A DNA stretch of 64,000 bases from Mayamaea pseudoterrestris (taxonomy: Eukaryota). Below the pieces are notes generated by a model. It made no database searches. It was given only the letters and a program-made list of their open reading frames with translations, and was not told the DNA's origin. The stretch covers positions 868,001 to 932,000 of the forward strand of contig BROI01000010.1 in NCBI GenBank assembly GCA_027923505.1, given 5' to 3'. Shown here piece after piece: positions 1 through 11,442 of this stretch (the first letter of the stretch is position 1; each line of letters begins with the position of its first letter). Made by a program: the position numbers and the translations under genes.

Positions 1-23
1 AGCAGCGACCGCAGAATCCTCAT
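1..23 (-). CDS. Possible 5' end of a gene running off the left edge (MRILRSL...)
   Basis: ATG at 23 on the minus strand in a CACCATG context, open to the window edge and divergent from the gene at 395. Too short to verify. Confidence 0.3.
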
Positions 24-394
24 GGTGGAACGAGGAAGTGTGATCGGAAGGTGCGAGATGGTTGATCATCGTGTCGTACTGGTTCACTTTCAGTATTTTG
101 AAATGAGTACAAGAAATGTGCCGTTCTTCATATGCCTCGGATACCTTTTATATATGCCTGAATTTTGTATACGATTTAAAGTAGAGTTTGGATCCCGCAG
201 GACCACTTTGTGACTCGTCCGGCGCGTGCATGTCTTCCGTCACGTGGCCTCGCCAAGTGAGAGGTGCGCTTGTTAATTGTCACCATGCCAATCGTTGCCT
301 CCAACCATTGACGCGATCAACGCATTGCATTCATTCGATCTTTATATTTTGGCTTGGAGGCAGAGAGAGTCTTTAAAATTCATTGTTACCAAGC

Positions 395-3300
395 ATGAAG
401 AGTTTCTTGCTCGTTCTGCTGCTCTCGACAGTGACAGCGACTACAGTCGATCGACAAGATGTTGGTGTCGAGGCATCCGCTGCAATCCAAGGACTGCTGC
501 AGCAGGTTCGCTTCAAAGTCGCAAGTCTACTGGACAATGGAGCCAAAAGAGAAGCGATGAATGACAATGAAGGTCATGCGCAGGCGCTTATTGAATGGGT
601 TCGATCCAAAACCAAGGCGAATGTTTATGAGCATCTAGAAGCTCGGCCATCTTCGTCAGTGCAGCAGCAATATGCATTGTATGCAACAACTACCATTCCA
701 GCGAATACATTATTGTTTGAAATTCCGCAGGATCTCGTCATGACCCCGACTCGTATTGAGATTGATGACCGCGTTCAAGTGGAGTGGAATGATGATCATG
801 AATACAACTACGGTCACGTTACGCGCGATCATGGCGATACTATGGATGTTCACTTTGACGATGATTCCGTTCATTCACTTGAACGAAGCTTGATTGAACA
901 TGAAGCTTTTCCCGTCAATTGCGGAACCATTCAGCGACTAGTCCAAGAGATTCTTCTCGGCGACTCGAGCAAGTTTGCTCCTTATGTCAACTATTTAAAG
1001 AATCAACCACGTGGCCAGTTACCGGCTGATTGGAGCGAAGCAGGCCAGGATTTATTAAAAATGCTGATGGGATATGAAAGTAACAAAGAATTCGCTCTGC
1101 TTCCGCCGGAATCTTCCTTTGACTGGCTCAAAGAAGACTGGCGAGTCCGTTGCGGTCGACGCGGGGACGATGTTTCTAGTCTAGCATACTACACTTACGT
1201 GCAGCGAAGCTCTGACCAGGTTCTTGTTCCAGTACTCGATATGCTATTGCACTCAAATGCTCCTGATGAGCTGAATACGCGGACTGGACCTATTCGCAAT
1301 GGACGACGGCCAGTCAAGGTATTTTCCTCGCGCGAGATACAAGCAGGTGAAGCTTTGTACGCATCCTACAATCAATGCGCGGATTGCCAAAACAAAAACC
1401 ATATTGGCACGCCAGAACTGCTGCGTGAGCATGGCTTTGTGGAGGATTATCCGCAGCGTTGGATCTTGAGCGACGAAAATGTGGTATCCTTTGACCTGGT
1501 GCCTGAGACGATTGTTGGTATGGATGGAGCTACAATGAAGCAGATCTCGGTAAAATGGATTGATAAGCGGCCATCGCGAAAAAGTTTTGCCTATATGAAA
1601 AATCAGCTACAGCGACTGGCCGACTTTTGCGAAACGGAGCTTGTGTCGTTGGATCCGTCCATTCCTCCGCAAGAACTTGACGTGATTCTGCAATATTTGG
1701 ACGCCACCACGACGGCACTCTCACTTGCTATTAATGCATCGCCATCATCCCATACGTCTAGTATAGATTGTCGCGACACGAATACTTGCGATTTGGATCG
1801 CTTCGACCGATACGAGTCACTTGTTCCGAAGCAAGAGGTTTGGGGCGACGAGCGGCCAGCGACGTGCAACTCTAAGCGGGAGTATGTATTTAACACATGG
1901 GAAACAATTGACGAAGTCAATTCGCGCTATCAAGGAGTTACTTTCTCGGTGAATAATCAAATCAATGACATGTGCTTTGACCTTGACAACGTCGTGCAAA
2001 TATGCTCGAGCTATCGTCCCCACTATCACGAAATGATGGTTCACTTTACGGCGCGCTATCTTGATGAAGTCAAGCGAGTCGTCTTTGTCGGGGGCGGCGA
2101 TTCCATGCTACTCCATGAAATTGTCAAGTATCCGACCCTCGAAAAGGTGGTTGGCCTTGAACTGGATCAGCAAGTGACTCGAAGCTCTTTCAAGTACTTT
2201 GGAACACAGCCGCATTGGGACAATCCAAAGGTGGAGTGGTGGTTTGGAGACGCCACCAAAAGTTTACTCACGCTGCCAAAGGAATACTTTGGAAGCTTTG
2301 ATATGGTGCTAGTCGATTTATCCGAGACAGTCATGGCATTGTCGGTAACGGATGAACTTGACGTGATGGAGGCGCTCGCCTTGCTCATTAAACCAAATGG
2401 CATTCTCGTCAAGAACGAGTATATGTACATGCTCAGTCAAGCCGAGATTTTCAAACATACACTGCACGTTCACTGGTACCACGTTCCTGTTGTTTGTTCC
2501 CAGTCTCTCATTCTTGGAAGCAACGGCATCGACTTCATGCGAGGCAAGTACGTTGATCATGGAATTGACCATTTGTACGAACTTCTTGACGACAATAGTC
2601 TTCGGTATTCCATCGTACGCGATTACGAAAAGAATGAGACAGCACGACAGAACCAATGCAAGGACTATAATCCTATCCAAGAGACGCAGCTCCGAAGTCC
2701 AGGTATCTTAATGCTTGTTGACGTAGAAGGCTCAAGGATCGGCGGCGGCGATCTTAATATGCTTCAAGCTACAATTGTGAATGCCCTGTCAAAAGCCGGT
2801 CTATCGGTTGTCCCGAGCGTGGAGCCTTGGCAAGATGACGATAATGGTCTCGTGGCCATTTTGCTACGCGAAGGATATGTTGTCGCCCGAACGTGGGCGT
2901 CGGAAAGTGTTTGTTCCTTGGACATTCACCTATGGAGTAGTCTCGAGAAGCAAGAACCTGCAAAACAGAATATAATCACCGCTTTTGGCAGCAATCTTTC
3001 TTCTGCATATCGCATTGTTGCTGGTGGCATGTTTGGTGTTGGCTCTTGGAAAATCGACCAAGCTAAGAACGGTCCACATTTAAATGAACTTTGTACACCG
3101 CCGATAACCACGACCACACAACCACATAACTCGACAATGGATCCAATGGTCGTCGAAGCCGCTGTAAAGGAAAGCTTTGCAGCAATTCGTGAGAGCGATA
3201 TCAAGGTAGCAGTTCTCTGTCCGTACGAGGACTGCGGAGTCGTCTTTTCGCTCAAGCAGATTTCTATCGTGGGAGAAATCCTAGAACTACGAGCCTGCAA

Positions 3301-4297
3301 TAATGTCACCGACGGCGCCGACTTTGCCAACGAATCATCGGATATTCTTTTTGCTTGTGAGAAGGAGCTTCGACAGACTCTTGCCAATGCATCGGGAAAC
3401 AAAATTCGTGCCATTGTTATCGATCAACATGCGCCATATGCCCTTGGCCAAATTGTTCTCAAATTGTTTCGAAGCTCGATAAAGAACAAGCGATGGCTTT
3501 CGAGAGATATCCTCGTCGTCGCTCCGATTCTTGTGGCAAAGGATGCATGGAAAAAAGTGTTTGTCGAGACGTTTCGCCGTGATATTTATCTGGAGGAACC
3601 AGTATTCAACGCTGACGTTGTGTTTACTGACCCCACAAGCACGCTCACCATGGCGATTGCGTCCACTGGAAATACTTCTTTCTCTGCAACGCTTATTAAC
3701 ATGGCGGAGCAGATGGAGAATACCACAGGTGTCTTGTCCGAAATCAAGAGTCTTCGAGGTGGCGAATTCATCTTTCAGGATGATTTTATACCGGACCGTA
3801 ACTTTGTCCACGCAGACTATGATCGAGCTGATCCTTACAAACAATGGACGTCGCAGGAGCCCTTGGGCTTTCAGACTGTGTTTCAGCTCGAGCTATTGCC
3901 AAACGCCCGCAGCAAGTTGTCGGCTAGTCGCATAAGTGACATGACCATGGCGGCACTCGCGACTGCGAACCTGGAAAGCAGTGACGAGTACAACTGGAAG
4001 CAATGGGACCTTGCTTCATCGAGCAAGTCTGCCGATGGCGTATCCGCTGGTGATGGTTCTGTCATTACGGTCCTGTGGTCAGAAGGCAGTCTGGTGGTGG
4101 TTTGGGACGGCAAGATCCACGTTGACGTCAATCTCTTTATGTATGAGGAGGATTTTGACTTTGCCGATGCGTTTGTTGCGTCCTTCACAAACATGAAGAC
4201 TGTTTTACGCGACGAGCAACCTAGAGGCAAGGGTCGAGTGGTAAATTTTATGTTTGACCTACCAGATGCAGAGGAACAACCACGTTGGATGGCTTAA
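395..4297 (+). CDS. Multidomain fusion: signal peptide + SET (Rubisco-LSMT type) with inserted Tudor domain + aminopropyltransferase (spermidine synthase-like) + two degenerate AdoMetDC-like domains; putative diatom long-chain polyamine biosynthesis protein
   Basis: Intronless ORF, ATG 395, hydrophobic leader MKSFLLVLLLSTVTA. SET motifs: FAPYVNYL..LPADWS, PVLDMLLHS, GEALYASY, LLREHGFV. Tudor-like DRVQVEWNDDHEYNYGHV..MDVHFDD. Spermidine synthase motifs YHEMMVH, VVFVGGGDS, GLELDQQV, GDA, VLVDLSE. SpeD-like LLREGYVVARTW..SLDIHLW and WSEGSLVVVWDG..DVNLF. Confidence 0.85.
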   Translation: MKSFLLVLLLSTVTATTVDRQDVGVEASAAIQGLLQQVRFKVASLLDNGAKREAMNDNEGHAQALIEWVRSKTKANVYEHLEARPSSSVQQQYALYATTTIPANTLLFEIPQDLVMTPTRIEIDDRVQVEWNDDHEYNYGHVTRDHGDTMDVHFDDDSVHSLERSLIEHEAFPVNCGTIQRLVQEILLGDSSKFAPYVNYLKNQPRGQLPADWSEAGQDLLKMLMGYESNKEFALLPPESSFDWLKEDWRVRCGRRGDDVSSLAYYTYVQRSSDQVLVPVLDMLLHSNAPDELNTRTGPIRNGRRPVKVFSSREIQAGEALYASYNQCADCQNKNHIGTPELLREHGFVEDYPQRWILSDENVVSFDLVPETIVGMDGATMKQISVKWIDKRPSRKSFAYMKNQLQRLADFCETELVSLDPSIPPQELDVILQYLDATTTALSLAINASPSSHTSSIDCRDTNTCDLDRFDRYESLVPKQEVWGDERPATCNSKREYVFNTWETIDEVNSRYQGVTFSVNNQINDMCFDLDNVVQICSSYRPHYHEMMVHFTARYLDEVKRVVFVGGGDSMLLHEIVKYPTLEKVVGLELDQQVTRSSFKYFGTQPHWDNPKVEWWFGDATKSLLTLPKEYFGSFDMVLVDLSETVMALSVTDELDVMEALALLIKPNGILVKNEYMYMLSQAEIFKHTLHVHWYHVPVVCSQSLILGSNGIDFMRGKYVDHGIDHLYELLDDNSLRYSIVRDYEKNETARQNQCKDYNPIQETQLRSPGILMLVDVEGSRIGGGDLNMLQATIVNALSKAGLSVVPSVEPWQDDDNGLVAILLREGYVVARTWASESVCSLDIHLWSSLEKQEPAKQNIITAFGSNLSSAYRIVAGGMFGVGSWKIDQAKNGPHLNELCTPPITTTTQPHNSTMDPMVVEAAVKESFAAIRESDIKVAVLCPYEDCGVVFSLKQISIVGEILELRACNNVTDGADFANESSDILFACEKELRQTLANASGNKIRAIVIDQHAPYALGQIVLKLFRSSIKNKRWLSRDILVVAPILVAKDAWKKVFVETFRRDIYLEEPVFNADVVFTDPTSTLTMAIASTGNTSFSATLINMAEQMENTTGVLSEIKSLRGGEFIFQDDFIPDRNFVHADYDRADPYKQWTSQEPLGFQTVFQLELLPNARSKLSASRISDMTMAALATANLESSDEYNWKQWDLASSSKSADGVSAGDGSVITVLWSEGSLVVVWDGKIHVDVNLFMYEEDFDFADAFVASFTNMKTVLRDEQPRGKGRVVNFMFDLPDAEEQPRWMA

Positions 4298-4392
4298 ATT
4301 TTTCAATCGTAGTTGTGATTAATTACATAAAAATTGTCAGTTTACTACTAATCTTTGTTAAAGTCTGCATATCATTCATTTGTAAATAAATT

Positions 4393-7141
4393 TTATAGAG
4401 GTTGCCGTCGCCAAGATGCAGATCGTCCGCTACTGTCAGGCGTGGCGGGTTCTGTTCCATAAATGTGTTGATGAAAATCTTCGCATTGCAACGCGGGAAG
4501 CGGAAAATGGGCATGTTCCATCAGATGAAGGCCGTCAGCGTCTGGACTAAATGCTGCCAAAGCCAGCCCGGATGTGGGTGGCGAAAGGAAGAAAGTTGAC
4601 TGGTAGTTACCGGCCCGTGTCTCTGGCGAGTAGAGTGGCAGGCTATATAAATCTTGTTGTGACGCCGCTGAAGAGGTCACTTTTGCAAGTGATCCTTGCC
4701 TTCGGAGAGGATGGACGACTTGATATCTAGCTCGAGCATCGTCGTGGCCAGTATGATTATAATCTGGATGTTGGCTCCACGGTGGCGTTGTTGGTCCAAG
4801 GTAGTGTTGAGACGCCGAGGCTGGTGGATGCCCATATTGACTATTGTATTCCGCAAAATATCCATCCGTCGTGTACCTCGGTGTCAGGCAGAGCTGGTCT
4901 GGAATGGTAAGCTTACTAATCTTGGGTGAGCTGTATGGTGGCCGAAGAGGAAGAGGCGACTGCGATGCAGGTCCAGACTTCGCTTTCTTGCTGGGTCGGG
5001 CGATTAATGAGGTGTCAGAAGGATGCGTCGGATACCAATGAGCATCGTGATAGCCGGAGGGTGGATAAGGAGCGCTCTCAAAACTAGTGGTAGCCGCATA
5101 CGGCAGTCTAAATGGATGCACATGGTCATGAAGTGAATTGGCGCGAGCCGAACTCGTCGCAGACGATCCGATTGATGAGCGGTGGTCGTCCACGTACCCA
5201 CCCTTGGCAGGAGACGACTCGCGCTTCGTTGCAACAGGAGTAGTAGACGCTTTGCGCTCGACGGCATTAGGTCGAATGAGAAAGACGTTGATGGCGCCGC
5301 AGACTTTTCCAGCAGACCGATTGTACGCAAGCCGACTGTTCAAAAACATTTGGTAGCGCCGAATACCGGCCTGCATGCCTTGCTCCGGATCAGGCACTTC
5401 CAAATTTGTCCCAACAGGAGACGTAATTCCAATTATATTATCCGTTCCGTATAATTCCAGACTTGTAATGTCGGAATAAGAAACGTACAAGTGCCTGCGA
5501 GCGTTCTCAGCACCGCTGACAAAAGCAGAAACGAGTTTCGGGCGTTCAGAAGAGGTGTCTATTGGATACTGAAACTGCTTGGACTGACGCGTAATATATG
5601 CCAGCATGTCATTCAAGTAGCGCTCTTCTTCCCGAAGCAAGTCGACTTCGCTCTGCAAATTTTCGACTTTGCCGGACACGCTGCCATCGTCAGTGTTATT
5701 TTCCGTCGTGGCTCGTATCGGCCCAGCCAGCCCGAGTCCATTCTTTGGCGGGCGCAAATTCCAAGCGATAAAGTTCTTTCCTTCCTTGGTAATTAACCCA
5801 ATTCCTTCCAGTACATTGGTAATATCGTAAATGCGCCGCTTTGGAACATTCAAATCCGCCGCGGCTTGGTTCAAATCGACTCTACGTCCCTGCGAGCAGC
5901 GCAACAATTGAACAAACCGCTGTGTCAAGAGTCCAAGCGACGAGTTTGCCCCGCCTGGTGTTCCAACTGAATGCAATGGACTAGAGCGATATGTTTGCGT
6001 GGATTGTTGTGTCAAATAGGAGTCCTGCGCCGGTGACGAATACAATGCACTCGAAGCGGATGGCGTCATGTCTGTTTCGGAAGACAGCGTCCGTGGAGGG
6101 GTTGGAACAATGCCAAGAGTAAGTAGTGTCATTGTAGGTGAATGGTGATGTGAGTGATCGCCAATGGAATTGCGAAAGGGAGACGATGATGGAGAATGGA
6201 CATGTGTATTGATAGGGTCGTCATGGAACGTTGGGTCGGAGGCGTTGCCGTCATGAACCAAAGATTCATCAACATAATGGTGAATGTCGGAATCACATTC
6301 AGTATTGTTTGTTTGCGTACATGTTTCATAAGGAGAATGAACCAGCAGGTTTTCGCATTTCGGGTTGACATAGTGTACCGTTGGAGTGAGAATGAAGCAT
6401 TTGAGAATGTTATTGGATCGTTTTTGGCGTCGAAAGGTTGATTGTGGAGGTGAGTCATCGGAATCATTACCAGCAGCATACATTACAGCGTAGAGAATGC
6501 GAGATAAGGAGGAATATGTAGAGAAGATTGAGTCGAATGCGAAAATCATTTGCATTTGCTTGCACAACGACAATGCGGACCACGGTTCGTGAACGCCAGC
6601 ACCAAAACCGCAGTTGAACGACATTTAATCGTTGCGTATTCGTTGCACCTCTCTCAATGATCCAACAGAGTCTCTTGCACCTCTTTCACGTACCTGGATT
6701 GGGACGATGTGCGAGTTGATGCTGCTGCGACCAAGACGATGGTGTTCGAAGCGGCGTCATTCCGATCTTGCGAGTGACATCAGGAGTAACACTCTGCGCC
6801 ATTAAATAAGCTGACGAATTGTGATGATAAGCATAGTGACGATGAACTGGTAGAGGAGGATGATGCATGTAATAGTGACGCTGATCGTGATGTTGCTGCA
6901 CCCTGTCGCCTCGATACATAAAAGAGGACTTGTATTCACACGGATGATGCATACTACCGGTAGTACATGGAAAGGAAGGATGACGATGCTGAGGAGCATT
7001 GTATGATTGCAAAGATTGGCGGCTCGCGGACGACAATGGCATGTCGGGAGCAGCTTGCTCTTCGTCCAGTCGTTCGTCTGCCCCTGCAAATGCAAGACTT
7101 TGCTCATCCTCCTTTGCCAAAGATTCCTTACAAGGCGACAT
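4393..7141 (-). CDS. E2F: E2F family transcription factor; predicted exons 7141-6694 and 6071-4393 (708 aa); alternative in-frame starts at 6483 or 6132
   Basis: Winged-helix DNA-binding domain [49 protein letters not shown], followed by coiled coil and marked box ([25 protein letters not shown]). The upstream His/Gln-rich ORF ends at a donor CAG|GTACGT (6693), which splices in frame to ACAG|AC at 6072. The 5' structure is less certain than the family call. Confidence 0.85.
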
Positions 7142-7534
7142 GGTAGGTGACAAGCTATCCTATCGACTTTTCAGCTGCATGCATCAATGTACTTTCGTTG
7201 CTTTGGTGCGTCCGCAAGTCCACCTCAAAGTCGATGGATGAAACGATCGTCCATGGCAGCAGCATTGGCTCGGAAGGTTCGAACGTCCAATGCGCCGAGT
7301 TTTGCAAATAGATATCTTGACACTTTCATATGAGTCATAGCGCCTCACAAATGACATTGTAGTGAGTATTCATGATTGCATGTCGACCCAAAGCCTTTGC
7401 TAGCGGTATGTACCGCTCCCCGGTACTACTCGTACATAACATACTTCACAAGCTAATGTACGAAACGAGACCGATATGTTCATACTCTTATGACCCCGGT
7501 TTTCGGGACTACCGGACTGTAGTGAATAGCAATC

Positions 7535-9251
7535 TTAGCGCACCCGAGCCTTTTTCTTGGCAGGCTCCATTGCTGCCGCCACAGCGGCCGCCACAGCCGA
7601 CGCCGCAGGTATAGCTACTTGCTTTTCGTCAATTAAACACTCCAGCAACTCATATTCCTCCACGTCTTGTGTCTGCAACAACAAGCTTGCATACTGATGG
7701 TGGGATTCCTCGGGAAACACGCAGTGGAATAGACGAGCAGGTTTGCCTGTGCGCTCGGAAACAAAGCCTGGAGCGCCAGCCTTGTCAATGTCTGTTTCGC
7801 TGATCCAACCAACCACCGTTCCTGTCGATAAAATGGATCGATTAGAAAACGAGAAAAAGGCAAGATATTACTCGAAACATGTAGCAGAATAGACAGTCGA
7901 TGCACAAAATCGCATACGCACCAACTTGCTCCACCGTCACAGTTCGACGGGCCGAAACCCTGTGCGTCGAAGTCCAAAACACTTTACGACCAAGGTACTC
8001 ATTGTCGGTTGTCCGCCATGGCGGATCTCCGCTAGAGCTTTGAGCCAAGGCGGCTTCGTACACTTCCAGAGCCTTTTTCTTGCTCGTATACGTGTCTCCT
8101 TCAGGTGATGTGATTTTAAACTTGTTATTCCCCGTCACTACGGCTGACCATCCTTCTCCCAAGCCAATAGCGGCTGCCGTCATTCGCGGATCTTTGCCTG
8201 TCGTCTCGCGGGGACGAATCAAGCGCTCATCGACGCCAGACTGCTTCGTCCGATCAGAGTAGTGCACTTGATAGACAAATCCCTGACTCGCCGAGTGGGT
8301 GGTGCGTCGTAGAACAGTCGCCTCCCACCATTCATCATTGTACAAAACTTGGACCTTGTCACCCTTTTGAAACAGTGGCTGTCGTGCCAGCAAGTGGCCG
8401 CCCGAGAAGTCAAACGGAGTCGACGATTCCGGATCCCACGACTTGGCCGCCTCCATGGCTGCCCCATGGTGGTAAAACATGTCGCAGTCCAGTGCTGGAT
8501 CACCAGCATAGATACGATCAACAATGCATGAATATGACTTGTGTGTATTTGACATGGTTGCAGTTTTCATCGGTGGTGACGGCAGCGTTACACTTTGAAA
8601 CTCCGTCGCGCTTTGCTTGCTCTCGTCGTTCGAGGTCATTTCTGCACCTCCGTCAGCATCAGCCTTGCCATTGGCAGCAAGTTGCTCGTGCTTCTTCTGT
8701 TCACTATCTTGGTCCATTGCAGCTTCTCCATGTTTAGTTGCCAGCGCTACAGGCGAGTGCGAAACTACCGGTCGTTGCGCTCGTGTTTCATCAAAGCCAT
8801 CCTTCGGTTCGCTTGCTTGCTTTTCCATTTGCTGTTCTCCTCCCCTGAATGCAGAGTGAGAATCGTCGCCAGCCTGTGATGCAACTACTGATGCTGACGC
8901 TGTCTCCGCTGACGCTTTCATAAACGGTTGCTGGTTTGGGCCTTGCACATAGACGGCTGTAGAATTGCCACTTTGGGCGTCAGCAGCATGTCCGATACGA
9001 CCCTCCTCCATAGTAGCCGCAACGGCTTGACTACAATCGACTGCAACTGCTTCTGAAAACTCCTTTTCAGCTTGGTAAGTTTCCGTTGCTGTCAAAGGAG
9101 CAAAGACTCGCTCAAGCGTCCGAACAACTCTCCAGCCGGGTGGATATCCAAGCGCCTCGGCCAACTGACACGCCTGTTTGTCGGTAACTGTAGGCTTTGG
9201 ATCCCATAAAGCCTTTCCGATGTAGTCGAGAACTGTTTGATGAGATGCCAT
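7535..9251 (-). CDS. Tudor/Agenet-domain chromatin-associated protein; exons 9251-7922, 7821-7535
   Basis: FQKGDKVQVLYNDEWWEATVL..YQVHYSD..GVDERLIRP is Tudor/Agenet-like, followed by an MBD-like GW..FKITSPEGDTYTSKKKA segment. Intron 7822-7921 (GTGCGT..CTAAT..CAG) joins the two ORFs in frame (EQVG-TVVGW). Confidence 0.7.
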
Positions 9252-9448
9252 ACTGTCAAAAAACGAGCAGCGGAAAGCAAATCAATGGATACTGTAAAAC
9301 GCGACAAAGTAAGCGGCGCAGTTTCTCTCATGGTCGCGGGCGCCGCGCTGCGATAGCGTCACTGAACGTGACACAAAGCGGGAATGAAATTCTATTCGCT
9401 GAGTGCCGTTTGCGCGACGCCACAAATTCCTTTCCCATCATTGCGACC

Positions 9449-11135
9449 ATGGCGTCCTCGCCCAGCGTACAAGTGGCCGACACGAAGTTACGAGCTAAAA
9501 TCACTGACAAGCAGTTTCCATTGCCGGAGAATTGGGACAGATGCCATGCGTTTCTTCCCAAAAAAATGAAATATTGTCGTCAACTACCAGTATTTCCAGC
9601 CAAGAATGATGCAGCAATGTATTGCGGGAATCATTTCTGCTTGCTACAATCAATGGAAGCAGATACGGCATCAAGTAAGCGTGTTCCGTGTCCATTGGAT
9701 CCGACGCATACCGTCTTGGAACGATTGCTTGCGACGCATCTCAAGAAATGTCCAGCGGCGAAGCAGGCTAGGCGACAAGAAGAATCTTACTACTTTGCCC
9801 AAAACATCAACACTGGTGGAAGCGGAACACTGCATCGACAGTCATCCAAAGGGTCATTGGAGTGGGCGCAACAGGTAGCGCTGCGAGTACTGCAGGTGCA
9901 TCAACAAATATTCGCCATTGATGCTGCAACTACGCAGACGCAAGCGATTGATGCAGTTGATCCAACACTTGTTACACTTGCTGACATTTGCGCAGCTATA
10001 CCCACCATTGATTTGTCATTACACGAATACGAGTCTGGCCTAAATCGATCGCTCCAGGAATATCATGTTCGATCCGGGGGACCAAAGCATGTACATCAAC
10101 AGGCAAGTCTCGTTGGTCACTTGCGACAATGCGGTGCATTTGACAGGGACGAACGACACAAACAACACGTATCGACTAGATCGGGATCGAAAACAACAAT
10201 TCTAGAAGTGGGAGCTGGTCGCGGCATGACGGGCTTGGTGGTGGCTGGTGTCGCCGCAGCACTTGCAAAGGAAGCTACAGCGTCATCATCTTTACCTCGC
10301 GTCAAACTCGTCATGGTTGAACGCAACGGCTCCCGGAGCAAGGCCGATACCATTCTTCGAAAGGCATCCATGCTGAATGTCTCGGACAAGAGCTACATGG
10401 ATCTTGACATGGTCGACTATTCTCGGATACACTGCGATCTTTCTCATGTAAATATCGACAAGGTGTTAGAAAAGGAACACTCGCTCGATGGCAAGCTAAT
10501 TGTCGTTGCCAAACACTTGTGCGGCGTCGGGTAAGTGCAAGTCGAAAACTGTATTGATTGAAATGGCGTCTGTGTTTTAAAATTTGGTTTCTTTGTTTGT
10601 TGTAAGCACGGATCTGGCGCTGAAATCGATGGAACCTATCAAGGACCAAGTTTCCGCTTGCATTATGGCGACTTGCTGTCATGGAGCTTGTAGATGGAGT
10701 GACTACGTTGGGCGTGATTTTCTTTGTGCCGACATGGATGATCCCTCGCGCAACTTTGTTTTTGGATCGGCAGAGTTTGATCTGCTTTGTCATTGGAGCG
10801 GAGGAGCTGTTCATGTCGACAATTCTGAAATCAGCACAAGCTGTACTGCAGATCGACCGGATGTAAACAATGACTATCCAAACATAGCAACCAACGGTGA
10901 ATCTGTTGTTCTGGGTGTTACAAGGATAGTCGAATCATTAAACCTGCGATGCGGTCAGCAAGGACTAGGGAGGGCGTGCCAGCGGTTAATTGATTATGGA
11001 AGGTTAGGCTACATTCGCGACGTGCTTTACCCCAAAATGCATGATCGAGCAAAGCTTTTATACTATGTTTCATGCGATATATCCCCGCAGAATGCTGCCT
11101 TGGTAATTCGAACAAGCGATCGGTCACCACATTGA
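9449..11135 (+). CDS. TRM13: tRNA:m4X 2'-O-methyltransferase TRM13; exons 9449-10530, 10607-11135
   Basis: N-terminal CCCH finger (CHAFLPKKMKYC..YCGNH), CHHC finger (RVPCPLDPTHTV..HLKKC) and LEVGAGRG SAM motif. Intron 10531-10606 (GTAAGT..AAG) restores KHLCGVGTDLAL; ATCCH and ISPQNAAL motifs follow. Confidence 0.9.
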
Positions 11136-11442
11136 TTCGAAAGTGACTGCTTGAACAAGTCGCCAGCGATATTTTTGGCGCAACAATCACTTTCAATAGA
11201 ATGCCAACTCGCCAGATACTTTAAAAACTACCAGTTAAGGACAGCTACAGCAAGTAAGTACGTTTCAGTTATGTAGGGCAAAGTGAACAAATTGGTAAGA
11301 ATATATCTTCGTTCGAAAACGTAAATCTCCGCAGTGTATCATAGTCATCTTGCCGACGCCCTTTTTTGGCGATACGAGCCAGCCGAGCCTGAAATCCGCA
11401 CCTCGTTTCGTTCGAGTAAAGTACGACCTGGCCACCTTCACC

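Noticed and set aside
6643..6684. Direct repeat TTGCACCTCT x2 near the E2F intron donor
   Set aside because: Only two 10-nt copies; may be a splicing element but cannot be supported on its own.
6686..7153. Stand-alone 155-aa His/Gln-rich gene
   Set aside because: It ends at a strong donor (CAG|GTACGT) that splices in frame into E2F, so it is better explained as E2F exon 1.
7262..7293. tRNA-like GGTTCGAA within a GCATTGG/CCAATGC stem
   Set aside because: No cloverleaf, D-arm or anticodon arm can be built.
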